Assembly (NCBI GenBank): GCA_046705145.1
Contig: JBJKQO010000049.1
Location: 591-64,590, forward strand
Direction: 5' to 3'
Origin: Candidatus Woesearchaeota archaeon
Lineage (GTDB): Archaea > Nanobdellota > Nanobdellia > Woesearchaeales > JBJKQO01
DNA length: 64,000 bases
In this document: one piece after another, positions 48,036 through 57,844 of the stretch
How the letters are laid out: the number at the start of each line of letters is the position of its first letter
Numbering within the stretch: position 1 is the stretch's first letter
The notes under the pieces: model-generated
Seen by the model: the letters and a program-made list of their open reading frames with translations, nothing else
What the model was told of the DNA's origin: nothing
The model's database searches: none
Program-made: the position numbers and the translations under genes

Positions 48036-48036
48036 C

Positions 48037-49245
48037 CTAACCCTCTATATCATCTTTGACTATATCTCCTGGAAGAGTCCCTTTTCCGGGCCATATCTTC
48101 CTTCCAGGATAGATAAGGGTGCCGATGCCTGTGTTGACATTGTCACCTATGAAAGCACCGAGCTTTCTCCTTTTGGTATCGACCTTCTTTCCCTGCACAA
48201 GCGTAAGATGTTCTTTCCCGTCATGACGAAAATCAGCAGTTATCGTCCCGGCAGCTATGTTGCAGTTTTCTCCGACTACAGAATGGCCAAGGTAGCATTC
48301 ATGCTTTGCTGTAGTGCCCTCCATGATCACAGAATCAATGATCTCTGCCCTTGTCTTGACACCTTCCATTATTATCGTGTCAGGCCTAAGGTAAGCGTTA
48401 GGGCCTATGACACAGTTTTCCCCTATAAAAACCGGGCCTTCGATGTAGGTCCCTGACTTGATGATAGTATTTTTGCCTACTGACACAAAACCCCTTATGG
48501 TCACGTTATCCTCAACATTCCCTTCTATCACAGGCTTGTCATTTTTTTCTTTTGCAAGCTTCCTGAGGAAAAAAACATTAGCTTCAAGATAATGCCAAGG
48601 GTAACCCACAGGAACCCAGTAATCTGAAACAGTCTCGCAGAAAACGTCATCTTTTCCCTGCACCAGAAACGTTATGTAATCAGTAATCTCGATCTCTTTT
48701 CGCCTTGTCGGCTTAAGAGTAAATCCAAATATCTTCTTGTCAAAGACGTAAAGGCCGACGTTTGCATGGTTAGACTTAGGATCTTGCGGCTTCTCCTCAA
48801 ACGATTCAACCTTCCCTTCCTTTAGCGTGAATACCCCCCACTTTTCAGGATCCTTCACTTCCTGCGTCATCACGCAGTACTTATGGCCAAGGCATCTTAG
48901 CATATCCTTGTAAGAATACATGTCATCCCCGTTAATCACCATAAAAGCGTCTTTTAGGAAGTCTTTGCAGGCAATAATAGCCCCGCCGTTCCCGTCAAGC
49001 TTCTCCTGTATGACATAGGTTATCTTTAGCCCCTTGTAATCCCTGCCAACACGTTCCATTATCACTTCTTTCTTGTATCCCACAACTATTATGGCTTCTG
49101 ATACCTTTTTTGTGAGGATCAGCTGGTCAAGATTATGTTCAAGGATAGTCTTGTCAAGAACCTTAAGCATGGGCTTTGGCTTGTTTGAAGTTAGCGGATA
49201 AGTCCTTGTCGAGCTTCCAGCTGCAAGTATGACTGCCTGCATCAT
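48037..49245 (-). CDS. glmU: bifunctional sugar-1-phosphate nucleotidyltransferase / hexapeptide acetyltransferase (archaeal GlmU-like)
   Basis: N-terminal AVILAAGSSTRTYPLTSNKPKPML (nucleotidyltransferase G-x-G-T-R). The C-terminus is a left-handed beta-helix with hexapeptide repeats. Confidence 0.7.
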   Translation of the reverse strand: MMQAVILAAGSSTRTYPLTSNKPKPMLKVLDKTILEHNLDQLILTKKVSEAIIVVGYKKEVIMERVGRDYKGLKITYVIQEKLDGNGGAIIACKDFLKDAFMVINGDDMYSYKDMLRCLGHKYCVMTQEVKDPEKWGVFTLKEGKVESFEEKPQDPKSNHANVGLYVFDKKIFGFTLKPTRRKEIEITDYITFLVQGKDDVFCETVSDYWVPVGYPWHYLEANVFFLRKLAKEKNDKPVIEGNVEDNVTIRGFVSVGKNTIIKSGTYIEGPVFIGENCVIGPNAYLRPDTIIMEGVKTRAEIIDSVIMEGTTAKHECYLGHSVVGENCNIAAGTITADFRHDGKEHLTLVQGKKVDTKRRKLGAFIGDNVNTGIGTLIYPGRKIWPGKGTLPGDIVKDDIEG

Positions 49246-50615
49246 GGCAGTACCTTCCTGATCTCTTTTGATATGGACTCAGCTATCTCCTTTATCTGCT
49301 TTTCATCCCTTCCTTCTACCATTATCCTTGCCTTGTTCTCAGTCCCTGAGTACCTTACAAGGAGCCTTCCATCGTTACCTAGAATTTCCTCAGCTTTTCT
49401 TATGGCATCAACCACGTTTTTCATGGATCCTATCGGCTTTTTTTCCTTGACCTCAAGGTTCTTTATGATCTGAGGATAGCTCTTCATGCAGGACTTAAGC
49501 GAAGAAAGCTTCTTCCCGCTGTTTTTGACTATGTTCATAAGCTGTAGTGCGGTGATAGTCCCGTCTCCTGCAGTGCTGAAGTCAAGAAAGATTATGTGTC
49601 CGCACTGCTCGCCGCCAAAATTATATCCTCCTTTTCTCATCTCTTCTGCGACAGGCTTGTCTCCCACAGCAGTCCTTATGACCTTTATGCCCTTCTCTTC
49701 AAGAGCCCTTTCAAAGCCCAGGTTGCTAAGGACAGTGACCACAACAGAATCATTTTTCAGCAATGACTCTTTTTTCATCTCAAGCGCGCAGACAGCCATA
49801 ATATGGTCACCATCAAGCACATCACCTTTCTCATCGACCATGATGACCCGGTCTGCATCGCCGTCAAGAGCTATGCCTATATCTGCCTTCTCTTCTATGA
49901 CCTTTTTTCTTATCACTTCAGGATGCATGGCTCCGCATTCTTTGTTTATGTTAAGTCCGTCAGGATGGTTGTTAAGGATTATGACTTCTGCGCCAAGCTC
50001 GCGAAATATGTGGGGGGCTATATCATATGCTGCGCCGTTTGCACAGTCAAGCACTACCTTCAGCCCAGAAAGCGAGTTGTTCCGGATAGAGCTTTTTGCA
50101 AACTCTATGTACCTTCCTTTAGCATCACCTATGCGAAAAGCTTTGCCTATCTTCTCCCCCTTTATATGGTCGTTGTCAATATCTTTTGAGAAAACGAGGC
50201 GCTCTATCTCCCTTTCGATCTCGTCAGAAAGCTTAAAGCCGTCCTTGTCAAATATCTTTATCCCGTTATGCTCGTAAGGATTATGCGAGGCTGAGATCAT
50301 GACCCCTGCATCTGCAGCAAATGACTTTGTAAGATGCGCGACAGCAGGAGTGGGCATAGGGCCGACCAGAAGCACGTCTGCTCCCATCGAGCAGATCCCT
50401 GAAGTCAGCGCATACTCTATCATGTATCCTGAAAGCCGGGTGTCTTTTCCTATGAGTATCACAGGCCTTTTCTTTCCGTTTCTTAGCGCATGAGCTACAG
50501 CCTTACCTACCTTTATAGCAGTCTCAGGGGTGATAGGCTCTATGTTTGCGACCCCCCTGATACCATCTGTTCCGAATAGCTTTTTATCCATGATCTGCAG
50601 AAATAAGGAGTTCAT
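49242..50615 (-). CDS. glmM: Phosphoglucosamine mutase / phosphohexomutase
   Basis: KLFGTDGIRGVAN, the phosphoserine loop SASHNPYEHNGIKIF, and a metal-binding DGDADR. A 4-nt overlap with glmU. An alternative start is MDKKLFGTDG at 50591. Confidence 0.8.
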   Translation of the reverse strand: MNSLFLQIMDKKLFGTDGIRGVANIEPITPETAIKVGKAVAHALRNGKKRPVILIGKDTRLSGYMIEYALTSGICSMGADVLLVGPMPTPAVAHLTKSFAADAGVMISASHNPYEHNGIKIFDKDGFKLSDEIEREIERLVFSKDIDNDHIKGEKIGKAFRIGDAKGRYIEFAKSSIRNNSLSGLKVVLDCANGAAYDIAPHIFRELGAEVIILNNHPDGLNINKECGAMHPEVIRKKVIEEKADIGIALDGDADRVIMVDEKGDVLDGDHIMAVCALEMKKESLLKNDSVVVTVLSNLGFERALEEKGIKVIRTAVGDKPVAEEMRKGGYNFGGEQCGHIIFLDFSTAGDGTITALQLMNIVKNSGKKLSSLKSCMKSYPQIIKNLEVKEKKPIGSMKNVVDAIRKAEEILGNDGRLLVRYSGTENKARIMVEGRDEKQIKEIAESISKEIRKVLP

Positions 50616-50678
50616 ATTTAAAAACTTAATTGAACAAAGTTCGTTTTGATTGAGGAAGAATCCAAAAAATCAAAGAAT

Positions 50679-51257
50679 TCAAGGAGGGGTTGTCCCCAGC
50701 TTGTATGTTCCGTCAGCGTTCTTTGTCAGGTAATAGGTGACGCTGGAATATATAGATGGGCTGGTGTCTGGCTGGAAAAGAACCTTGTCGTTTCCCATCA
50801 CTATATTATACTTCTGGCCTGCCCTAAGATTATAGTTCTTGTCAGGCTTAAATGAGTAATCACCGCTTCCAAGATCAGCATATTCTGAAGTGTTTATGTC
50901 AAGCGCAGTCGTCGTTATGACATCGCAAGACCAGCTTGTGCACTTAGCAACCCCGTCAGTAGTCTCATGAGAATTACAGATACAGTTCTTTGAGTCAGCA
51001 CAGTTGCACATCTCAGTAGCTGCATCACAATCTCCTCTGAAAGTGCCTTTTGTGCAGGAGCCTGCTGCTCCGCATGCCTCAAGACCTTCGCAGGTCCTTT
51101 TGGCCTCTTCTTTTTTGGCGTCTGCAGCACTAAGAGTTCCGTTATCTATCTTTTTTTCAAAATCCCTTTTTGCACTCTTGCATCCACTTAACACTACAAG
51201 TGCCAGAATCATGACAACAAAGGTTACAAACAGAATCTTGCTTGTTTTTGGTCGCAT
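50679..51257 (-). CDS. secreted Cys-rich lipoprotein-like protein
   Basis: N-terminal signal with lipobox-like VVLSGC, and 17 Cys. Confidence 0.4.
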   Translation of the reverse strand: MRPKTSKILFVTFVVMILALVVLSGCKSAKRDFEKKIDNGTLSAADAKKEEAKRTCEGLEACGAAGSCTKGTFRGDCDAATEMCNCADSKNCICNSHETTDGVAKCTSWSCDVITTTALDINTSEYADLGSGDYSFKPDKNYNLRAGQKYNIVMGNDKVLFQPDTSPSIYSSVTYYLTKNADGTYKLGTTPP

Positions 51258-51395
51258 CCCTATTTATTAAGGTCAGGGGTATAAAAAGTTTTCGGTATGT
51301 TTGTTAGTTCCCATGTGTACTTCTTTCATGGAGCAAGAACATAAGTTAACCAGCTAAACAAAAATTTTATAAACACGTCTCCTTAAGTATTCTGG

Positions 51396-52256
51396 ATGGT
51401 CATAGAATCACTTATCAATCCCCTCAAGGCAGAGAAGAAGCCATGGGAGATGTTCTTTTTAGGCCTGGTCTATAATTCGATAGCGATACTCATCAGCCTG
51501 AAGATATTTCGTGACTACTCAAGCCTTGTGATGGTCTTCCTCACTGTCATGGCATGCACCCCTATCATGTATGCTACGATAAGGATGGAGGAAAAAAAAG
51601 ACCTGGAATATGACGATGAAAAGAGGATACTGAAGGAGCATGGAAAGGCCCTGACATTTTTCATGATGCTTTTCTTCGGCATAACAGTATCATGCACGCT
51701 TTGGTACCTTCTTCTTCCTGCAGACACATCAACCCTATTGTTTTCGGTCCAGTCACATACCATAACATCCATCAACGCAAGGGTTGTCGAGCCGCTGACA
51801 GGAAACTTTGGAGCGACAAGCAACCTGGTCAAGATATTCATAAACAACCTATGGGTCCTTATCTTTTGCATAGCATTCGCGTTCGTCTACGGAGTAGGAG
51901 CCATATTTGTCCTGACATGGAACGCATCTGTGATAGGGGTCGCTATAGGCAACTTCATCAGGTCAAAGATAGCAGCGCTTGCAGCATCTGCCGGCGCTGT
52001 AGGGGTAGGAAACTACATGTCGATAAGCGTGCTCGGGGTATTTAGGTACGCGACACACGGCTTTTGGGAGATCCTCGCATATTTTATCGGAGGACTTGCA
52101 GGAGGCATAATCTCTGTTGCCATCATCAGGCACGATTTCGGGACAAAGAAGTTCGAGAAGATAATACTTGACTCAGCAGACCTCATAATAATATCCATAG
52201 TCATGCTTTTTGTCGCGGCGCTAATAGAGGTATTTATAACACCTGCACTATTCTGA
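51396..52256 (+). CDS. DUF95/SpoIIM-like integral membrane protein
   Basis: Multiple TM helices. The hallmark HGFWEILAYFIGG and the C-terminal EVFITP are characteristic of the SpoIIM/YqgC family. Confidence 0.45.
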   Translation: MVIESLINPLKAEKKPWEMFFLGLVYNSIAILISLKIFRDYSSLVMVFLTVMACTPIMYATIRMEEKKDLEYDDEKRILKEHGKALTFFMMLFFGITVSCTLWYLLLPADTSTLLFSVQSHTITSINARVVEPLTGNFGATSNLVKIFINNLWVLIFCIAFAFVYGVGAIFVLTWNASVIGVAIGNFIRSKIAALAASAGAVGVGNYMSISVLGVFRYATHGFWEILAYFIGGLAGGIISVAIIRHDFGTKKFEKIILDSADLIIISIVMLFVAALIEVFITPALF

Positions 52257-52265
52257 GAAAAAGGA

Positions 52266-52955
52266 TCATTCAAGCACCTTTAGCCTTCCTGCAGCTATCT
52301 CAAATATCTCCCCTCTCTTAAGAAGGGTCTCGATGACAGATTCAGCTTCCTTTGTCCCTGCAATGCTTACTACCTCATCAAAACTGACTCCCCTGCCGCC
52401 ATCTTTTTCCTTTATTATCTTATAGACCTTCTCTATAAGGTCAAGGTCTTTTTCACCCTCATCTACGCTCTCCTCGATCTCCTCAAAAGAAAGCTCTTCA
52501 ACTGTAGGAAGGTTCTCAACATCCTCTTCATCAGTCTCCTGGTGGGAAGGAAGCTTTGAGTACGCTCTTTCAAGCTCAAGCCCCCTCAGCCTTATCCATG
52601 CAGGGTCCTTGATCTTCTTTACGATCTCAGGAACGATGTACTTTTCGTTGTTGTACTCCCTTGGCCGTCCTATGACCATCACAGCATCCCCGACAGAATG
52701 TCCATCAAAGCTTACAGAATCATCAAACGAGAAAACATTGATCTTGCCAGTCCCATCATCCACAGTCAGAACCTTTGATGATTGGCTGTCATCAACAGAG
52801 ACAACTACACCGAACAGGTTAGCCCGTGAGACCTTCATCCCGCTCTTGGTGAATATGTAGTTAGGCTCAAGCCCCTCATTCTTGACATACTTGCCTCCAG
52901 AAATGTCACTCACCCTGACCTTGAGCGCAGTATGCCTTTTTTGCTGTGGTTCCAT
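52266..52955 (-). CDS. RPA32/Stn1-like protein (OB-fold plus C-terminal winged helix)
   Basis: The OB-fold-like core runs LKVRVSDISGG...ANLFGVVVSVDD...VLTVDDGTGKINVFSF...GDAVMVIGRPREY. An acidic linker follows, then a wH-like tail GVSFDEVVSIAGTKEAESVIETLLKRGEIFEIAAGRLKVLE. Confidence 0.4.
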   Translation of the reverse strand: MEPQQKRHTALKVRVSDISGGKYVKNEGLEPNYIFTKSGMKVSRANLFGVVVSVDDSQSSKVLTVDDGTGKINVFSFDDSVSFDGHSVGDAVMVIGRPREYNNEKYIVPEIVKKIKDPAWIRLRGLELERAYSKLPSHQETDEEDVENLPTVEELSFEEIEESVDEGEKDLDLIEKVYKIIKEKDGGRGVSFDEVVSIAGTKEAESVIETLLKRGEIFEIAAGRLKVLE

Positions 52956-53065
52956 GTTTCCCCCAGGATAAGTGTTTTAATCTTGGTTTAAATATTTTTA
53001 TGTTTTGTATTGGATACTAGGCATAAACAACAAATTTAAATATCTGAATCCCAGTAGGGTGGCTT

Positions 53066-54325
53066 ATGGCTGATCCGCAGCTGGTCAAGTATATAGTTGA
53101 CAATCTAAAAAAGGGGTATGACATAGCATCCATAAGGAATTTCCTCTGGAAAGCAGGCTATAACATAGCTAACATAGATGCAGCTATAAGGGAAGTCAAC
53201 TCATCTTATAACTACAGCAGCCAGCCCCAGCAGCAAGGCAAAAAGCCAAACATGATAATGATCCTTGCAGTATTCGTGATCATAGCGATCATTGCAGGGA
53301 TTGCAGTCTCATACTTCCTTCTCAGGCCAGGTTCAGGCTCGCTTGAACCAGAGCCAGAATGCACGTCTGACAGCAGCTGCGCGCAAGGATACACTTGTTC
53401 TTCCGGATCATGCGTAGTGTCAGAAAACACTTGCTCATCAGATGATGATTGTCAGGAAGGATATGAATGCTTAAACGGAGACTGCTTTGAGAAAGCGCAG
53501 CCAGACTGCTACTATGACTCAGACTGTGACACAGGATACGTATGCTCAGGAGGATCATGCATAGTCCCTACTGAAGGAGAGCCATCGGTGCAGCCAAGCG
53601 AAGATTTGGCCTCATGCTATGACGACATCCAGAACCAAAACGAGGAAGGAGTTGACTGCGGAGGAGTATGCGAAGCCTGTCCTACATGCTTTGACGGCAT
53701 AATGAACAGCGATGAGGCAGGAATTGACTGTGGAGGAAACTGCGGGACTGCATGTGACGAGCCGCAGTGCAGCCCTGATTGTAATGATGGTAACCTTTGC
53801 ACCAACGACATCTGCGTAGACGGAGAATGCTATTTCACATCAATAACTCCCTGCTGCGGAAATTTCCAGTGCGAGCAAGATGAGGATCACTCAAGATGCC
53901 CTGCAGATTGTGAAGAACCCTATGCAAACAAGGACGAGAACCTTTTAGACCCCCAGGAAGCTTATGAGAAAGCGATATCTCTTGCAGCTTCAGATCCAGA
54001 AGCTGCCGGAAACACCTGCCAGTCCATAAAGGATGAGGCCACTCTTGACACATGCTTCATAGAGGTTGCAAAGATAACCCAAAAAAGCGTGTTTTGCGAT
54101 TACGTCTCAAGCCAGGCAAGAAGAGACTCATGCTACATACTCTTTGCACAGAACGGAGACAGTGATTTATGTAACAAGGTAAGCTCAGAATACCTTCGGG
54201 ACGGATGTTTCATGATACAGGATGCTAAAAAACTGAAGGATCAGACAGCAAACCAGACAGTCGAGATAGAATCCCAAGTTGAGATAAACCAGACTCAGGA
54301 TACCAACCAGACACAGCAAACATGA
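53066..54325 (+). CDS. membrane protein with cytoplasmic N-domain, one TM helix and extracellular Cys-rich repeats
   Basis: TM helix MIMILAVFVIIAIIAGIAVSYFLL. Repeats of CxSDxxCxxGYxCxxGxC and IDCGGxCxxC. The C-terminus is a Q/T-rich low-complexity tail. Confidence 0.4.
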   Translation: MADPQLVKYIVDNLKKGYDIASIRNFLWKAGYNIANIDAAIREVNSSYNYSSQPQQQGKKPNMIMILAVFVIIAIIAGIAVSYFLLRPGSGSLEPEPECTSDSSCAQGYTCSSGSCVVSENTCSSDDDCQEGYECLNGDCFEKAQPDCYYDSDCDTGYVCSGGSCIVPTEGEPSVQPSEDLASCYDDIQNQNEEGVDCGGVCEACPTCFDGIMNSDEAGIDCGGNCGTACDEPQCSPDCNDGNLCTNDICVDGECYFTSITPCCGNFQCEQDEDHSRCPADCEEPYANKDENLLDPQEAYEKAISLAASDPEAAGNTCQSIKDEATLDTCFIEVAKITQKSVFCDYVSSQARRDSCYILFAQNGDSDLCNKVSSEYLRDGCFMIQDAKKLKDQTANQTVEIESQVEINQTQDTNQTQQT

Positions 54326-57300
54326 TCAGCTTATCGCTTTTTCTATACCTTCAAAACATTCATCCGGAACCATAGGGTCTGTCGTCTTGATACATATCTG
54401 GCTATATCTATTGTCAGACGTATAGGCTTCCTCTTTCTTTTCTGTTTCAGACTGTCCTTTTGAAAGCGTGAAACTTCCTATGCTCCTGCTGTCCTGAGCC
54501 TGCACCCCCCCTCTTGTCAGGTTTGACTTAAGATACACTTCAACATTTATCCCCTGACTGCATGCAAGGACATTATATGACCAGACATGCTTAAATCCGT
54601 AATCGACCTGCTCGGTCTTTTCAGGGCTGATGTTGATCCTGATATTAAGGGTTATGTTTGGCTGCGTGATCATGCCTGCCTTTTCTCTTGTCAGGACATA
54701 CTTGTTTGTCAAGACAGCACCAGGCTGCTGCGCTATTGCGTTATAGCTAAAGTTTATAGTGGCATTTTTCCTTTCCTTTCTTACATAGCTGTCGCCTACC
54801 CTTTCAAGAGGGGTCCTTGACCAGCTCTTATGATCCATGCTTATCTCGCTTGACAGCTCCTTCACTCCAACATCCTCATCAGCAGGAGTCTTTATGAAGA
54901 ACCTGATAGTATCATACTTAGGGAGTTCAGGATTAAGATAAACCATAGAAACATTATAACCATATAAGCCCGTGTTCACATCATAGGAATATTTTCTTTC
55001 TGCTGCAGAGCCGACAGTGACATCTTTTATATCATGATAGTAATACAGCTGCGCATCTTCAATAGTCTCGTTCATCCTCTTCGAGCAGTCAGTAGAGTTT
55101 CTCTGGTACACGTCGATCTCAGGCTGTACGCTTACCGCAGGCTCATCCTTTTCGTTTCTTGAGCTCTCATACTGATCCTCGCAGCTTTGCAGAGCCTGCT
55201 TGTATACAGTCTCTCCTATGAGCATGTTAAACAGCATGAAGACAATGTTGTAGGTGGTGTCCATAGTCTGCTGTGTTTCAGTATTCTTCTTTGCCTGGGT
55301 TGCCATATCCTTGTCTGAGACTGTGCTGCAGTCGCTGCCTCCTACATCACATATAGGTTTGCTACCATCTTTTTTGACTATCTGAACGTAGTCCTGGCCT
55401 GTGCCTGGCATTTTTTCTGTCTTTAAGGTACTACCATCTGATGTTGTGACCTGTTCCCCTTCAAGTCCAACCCTATAGAACTTTCCTTGGTAGTTTACTA
55501 TAGCATATTCTGTTCTTGAATCTATCCCATCTATTTTTCCTAAAGCATCATTATACCAAACTTTTTTGGCTGAGTCCCACTTCAAGCTCCCAGTTCCTAA
55601 AGGATCAGTCCCCCCATTTTGGCTTATGCTTAATTCGTTTCCGTTCCCAACTCCTACACCCCAGCTTTCCCCGTTTATATCAACACCGCCAGGGGCCCTT
55701 GTTTCAGGAGGTATTGGATCAGCGCTTCCAGATTTTACAGGGTTCACTTTAAGATTAGCCTGTAGTGAGTCTGGAAGTGAAGTTGTCTTGTCTTTGTATG
55801 TAAAAGAAGCATAAGGGTTACTCGATTCTCCTGAGATACTAATGGTCCCTTCCACATTTTTTCCTGCGCTGTCAAAAAAAGAGACCTTAGCATTATCAAC
55901 CCCTTTTAGAGATGCTATGTCCTTGTATGTTGTGCCGTCATAATATTTTACTTTGTTCTCGCCACCCTCATCCTTGATTATGCCGTAATATGTCTTTCCT
56001 CCAGACTGGAAGAGGAACTGCTGGTCTGACATGCTTGTCTTTCCGGATGCTCCGCCTATCCCGCTGTAGATGTTCACGCTTGCATCCTTACAAAGCTTTG
56101 TCGCCTCATTTTCCTGGCAGATCATCTCATAAGACGTGTAGTCTGGATGGTTCTTTGCATCTTCCTTCACCTTGTCAAACCCCAGCTCTGAACACTCCGG
56201 CTCTGAAAACGTCCTGCTGAGCCACTTCATGTTCTCCTGCACAGACTGTATCTGCGACATGAAATTCATGATGTCGAGGATAACAAGGATGCAAGTAGGT
56301 ATCTTGACCTTGCTCACAGCCATGCTGATAAGCTTTGCAATACCAAGACTTATCGCCATCATCATAAGCTTTGCAACTGTCACGCTTAAAGCCCCTTCCC
56401 AATACATGCATGTCGAGACATCGAGGAACTTTTCGCAGGCCTCCACATCAGTCCCTGCAGCGCAAGCCTGCTCGATGCAGCAGTTGTATGTCTGGTAGAT
56501 AGTCTTTAGCTTTCTCATGTTAAAAAGAATCCCGCTTGGGCATATGCACGCTATAGATGTGTAGATGTTTGTGTAAGGATCTATCTTATTGTACTGCATC
56601 ACGCCCTTTAGTACCGTGTTTATACCAAGAAAGTCGCATGATGCATCTCCGCGGCACCACCCACATGTCGCTATGCAGCACATCCCTTCGATTATCCCAT
56701 AAGGAGACCTAAACGGCTTAAATGTCGTTTCGCATCCGCCGGTTGCTGCCTGGCCCCATAGATTAACGCAGCACCCAAGCTTGTTGATGAAAGCTATGAT
56801 GTTGTTCATAATGTGCCATATCGTGCATATCAAGGAAGCAAGCGCTGCTACCATCTCAAGTATCTTGATTATGCCGTTGTCCATCATGTCGACGAGGGCA
56901 TGTGTCTTCTTCTCCTTGTTCACGCACTGATCAGGCAGAGCTTTCACATTGCTCTTGGAAGCAGCAGGCCGCGTAGTGTTAGTAAGGTTCAAGACAGGTT
57001 TTGTAGTATTAGTTGTGTTTATTACAACAGGGGTTGTAGTGTTGGTCTCGTTTATCGTATCATCGATCTCAGGCTCTGAGTCATCATCTATGATATACTC
57101 AACCTTTATGCATTTACTTTCTGTTGATCCCTGCCCCAGGAAGTCAGTCGACCTTATGCATATATTATATGTTCCTGCAGAAGAAAGGCGTATGCTTGTC
57201 TTTCCAGATACCTGGCAGCTCATCACATCAGAATACGTTTTTGTCTCAAAGACGCTTCCTGTCCTGTTGTTATATATCACTACCTGCGATACACCTGAAC

Positions 57301-57820
57301 ACCCGCTAAGAGAAGCATCAGCAGTATCCTCCACAACAAAAGTGATATTATATTCATCATCGCTTCCTGCACTATCCTTGACATCAAATGTTCTTATCGT
57401 CGGAGGCAGCTTATCTGTTATGGTCCTTGCAGAGCTTGTCCTTCTTAGCGTTCCCGAATCATCATAAAGCCTTACAGTATAGACATTTGTCAGGGAAAGC
57501 TCATCTTTTTCGGAATAAGAACACCTGTATAGGTCTCCCTGGGAGCTGCAAGAAGAAAAACTCTTAGCGTTTGTGGATGGTTCAGAGTTTCTTACCACCT
57601 TCAGCTGGCCTGTGCTTAGCTGATCATCATTATCCACGCTCGCTTCCACAACAAGAGTGATATTATCATCATACTTTCGCATCCCAAGACTTCCGCTACC
57701 TATCCCATCCTCTCCGCTTATACTAACAACATTAAGCACGCTTGCAAGAGCATTTGAGGAATAGACAGGGATGCACACTATAAGGAATATCATGAATACT
57801 GCTATATGTTTAGTGCGCAT
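54326..57820 (-). CDS. large (1164 aa) secreted/membrane-associated protein of unknown function with Cys-rich hydrophobic core
   Basis: Sec-type signal MRTKHIAVFMIFLIVCIPVYSSNALA. A Thr/Asn-rich linker (TNTTTPVVINTTNTTKPVLNLTNTTRP). A central roughly 250-aa region holds about 25 Cys interleaved with long hydrophobic helices. Gly-rich beta-like segments follow. No catalytic motifs recognised. Confidence 0.5.
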   Translation of the reverse strand: MRTKHIAVFMIFLIVCIPVYSSNALASVLNVVSISGEDGIGSGSLGMRKYDDNITLVVEASVDNDDQLSTGQLKVVRNSEPSTNAKSFSSCSSQGDLYRCSYSEKDELSLTNVYTVRLYDDSGTLRRTSSARTITDKLPPTIRTFDVKDSAGSDDEYNITFVVEDTADASLSGCSGVSQVVIYNNRTGSVFETKTYSDVMSCQVSGKTSIRLSSAGTYNICIRSTDFLGQGSTESKCIKVEYIIDDDSEPEIDDTINETNTTTPVVINTTNTTKPVLNLTNTTRPAASKSNVKALPDQCVNKEKKTHALVDMMDNGIIKILEMVAALASLICTIWHIMNNIIAFINKLGCCVNLWGQAATGGCETTFKPFRSPYGIIEGMCCIATCGWCRGDASCDFLGINTVLKGVMQYNKIDPYTNIYTSIACICPSGILFNMRKLKTIYQTYNCCIEQACAAGTDVEACEKFLDVSTCMYWEGALSVTVAKLMMMAISLGIAKLISMAVSKVKIPTCILVILDIMNFMSQIQSVQENMKWLSRTFSEPECSELGFDKVKEDAKNHPDYTSYEMICQENEATKLCKDASVNIYSGIGGASGKTSMSDQQFLFQSGGKTYYGIIKDEGGENKVKYYDGTTYKDIASLKGVDNAKVSFFDSAGKNVEGTISISGESSNPYASFTYKDKTTSLPDSLQANLKVNPVKSGSADPIPPETRAPGGVDINGESWGVGVGNGNELSISQNGGTDPLGTGSLKWDSAKKVWYNDALGKIDGIDSRTEYAIVNYQGKFYRVGLEGEQVTTSDGSTLKTEKMPGTGQDYVQIVKKDGSKPICDVGGSDCSTVSDKDMATQAKKNTETQQTMDTTYNIVFMLFNMLIGETVYKQALQSCEDQYESSRNEKDEPAVSVQPEIDVYQRNSTDCSKRMNETIEDAQLYYYHDIKDVTVGSAAERKYSYDVNTGLYGYNVSMVYLNPELPKYDTIRFFIKTPADEDVGVKELSSEISMDHKSWSRTPLERVGDSYVRKERKNATINFSYNAIAQQPGAVLTNKYVLTREKAGMITQPNITLNIRINISPEKTEQVDYGFKHVWSYNVLACSQGINVEVYLKSNLTRGGVQAQDSRSIGSFTLSKGQSETEKKEEAYTSDNRYSQICIKTTDPMVPDECFEGIEKAIS

Positions 57821-57844
57821 TTTTCATACCTTAACATTTCGGTT

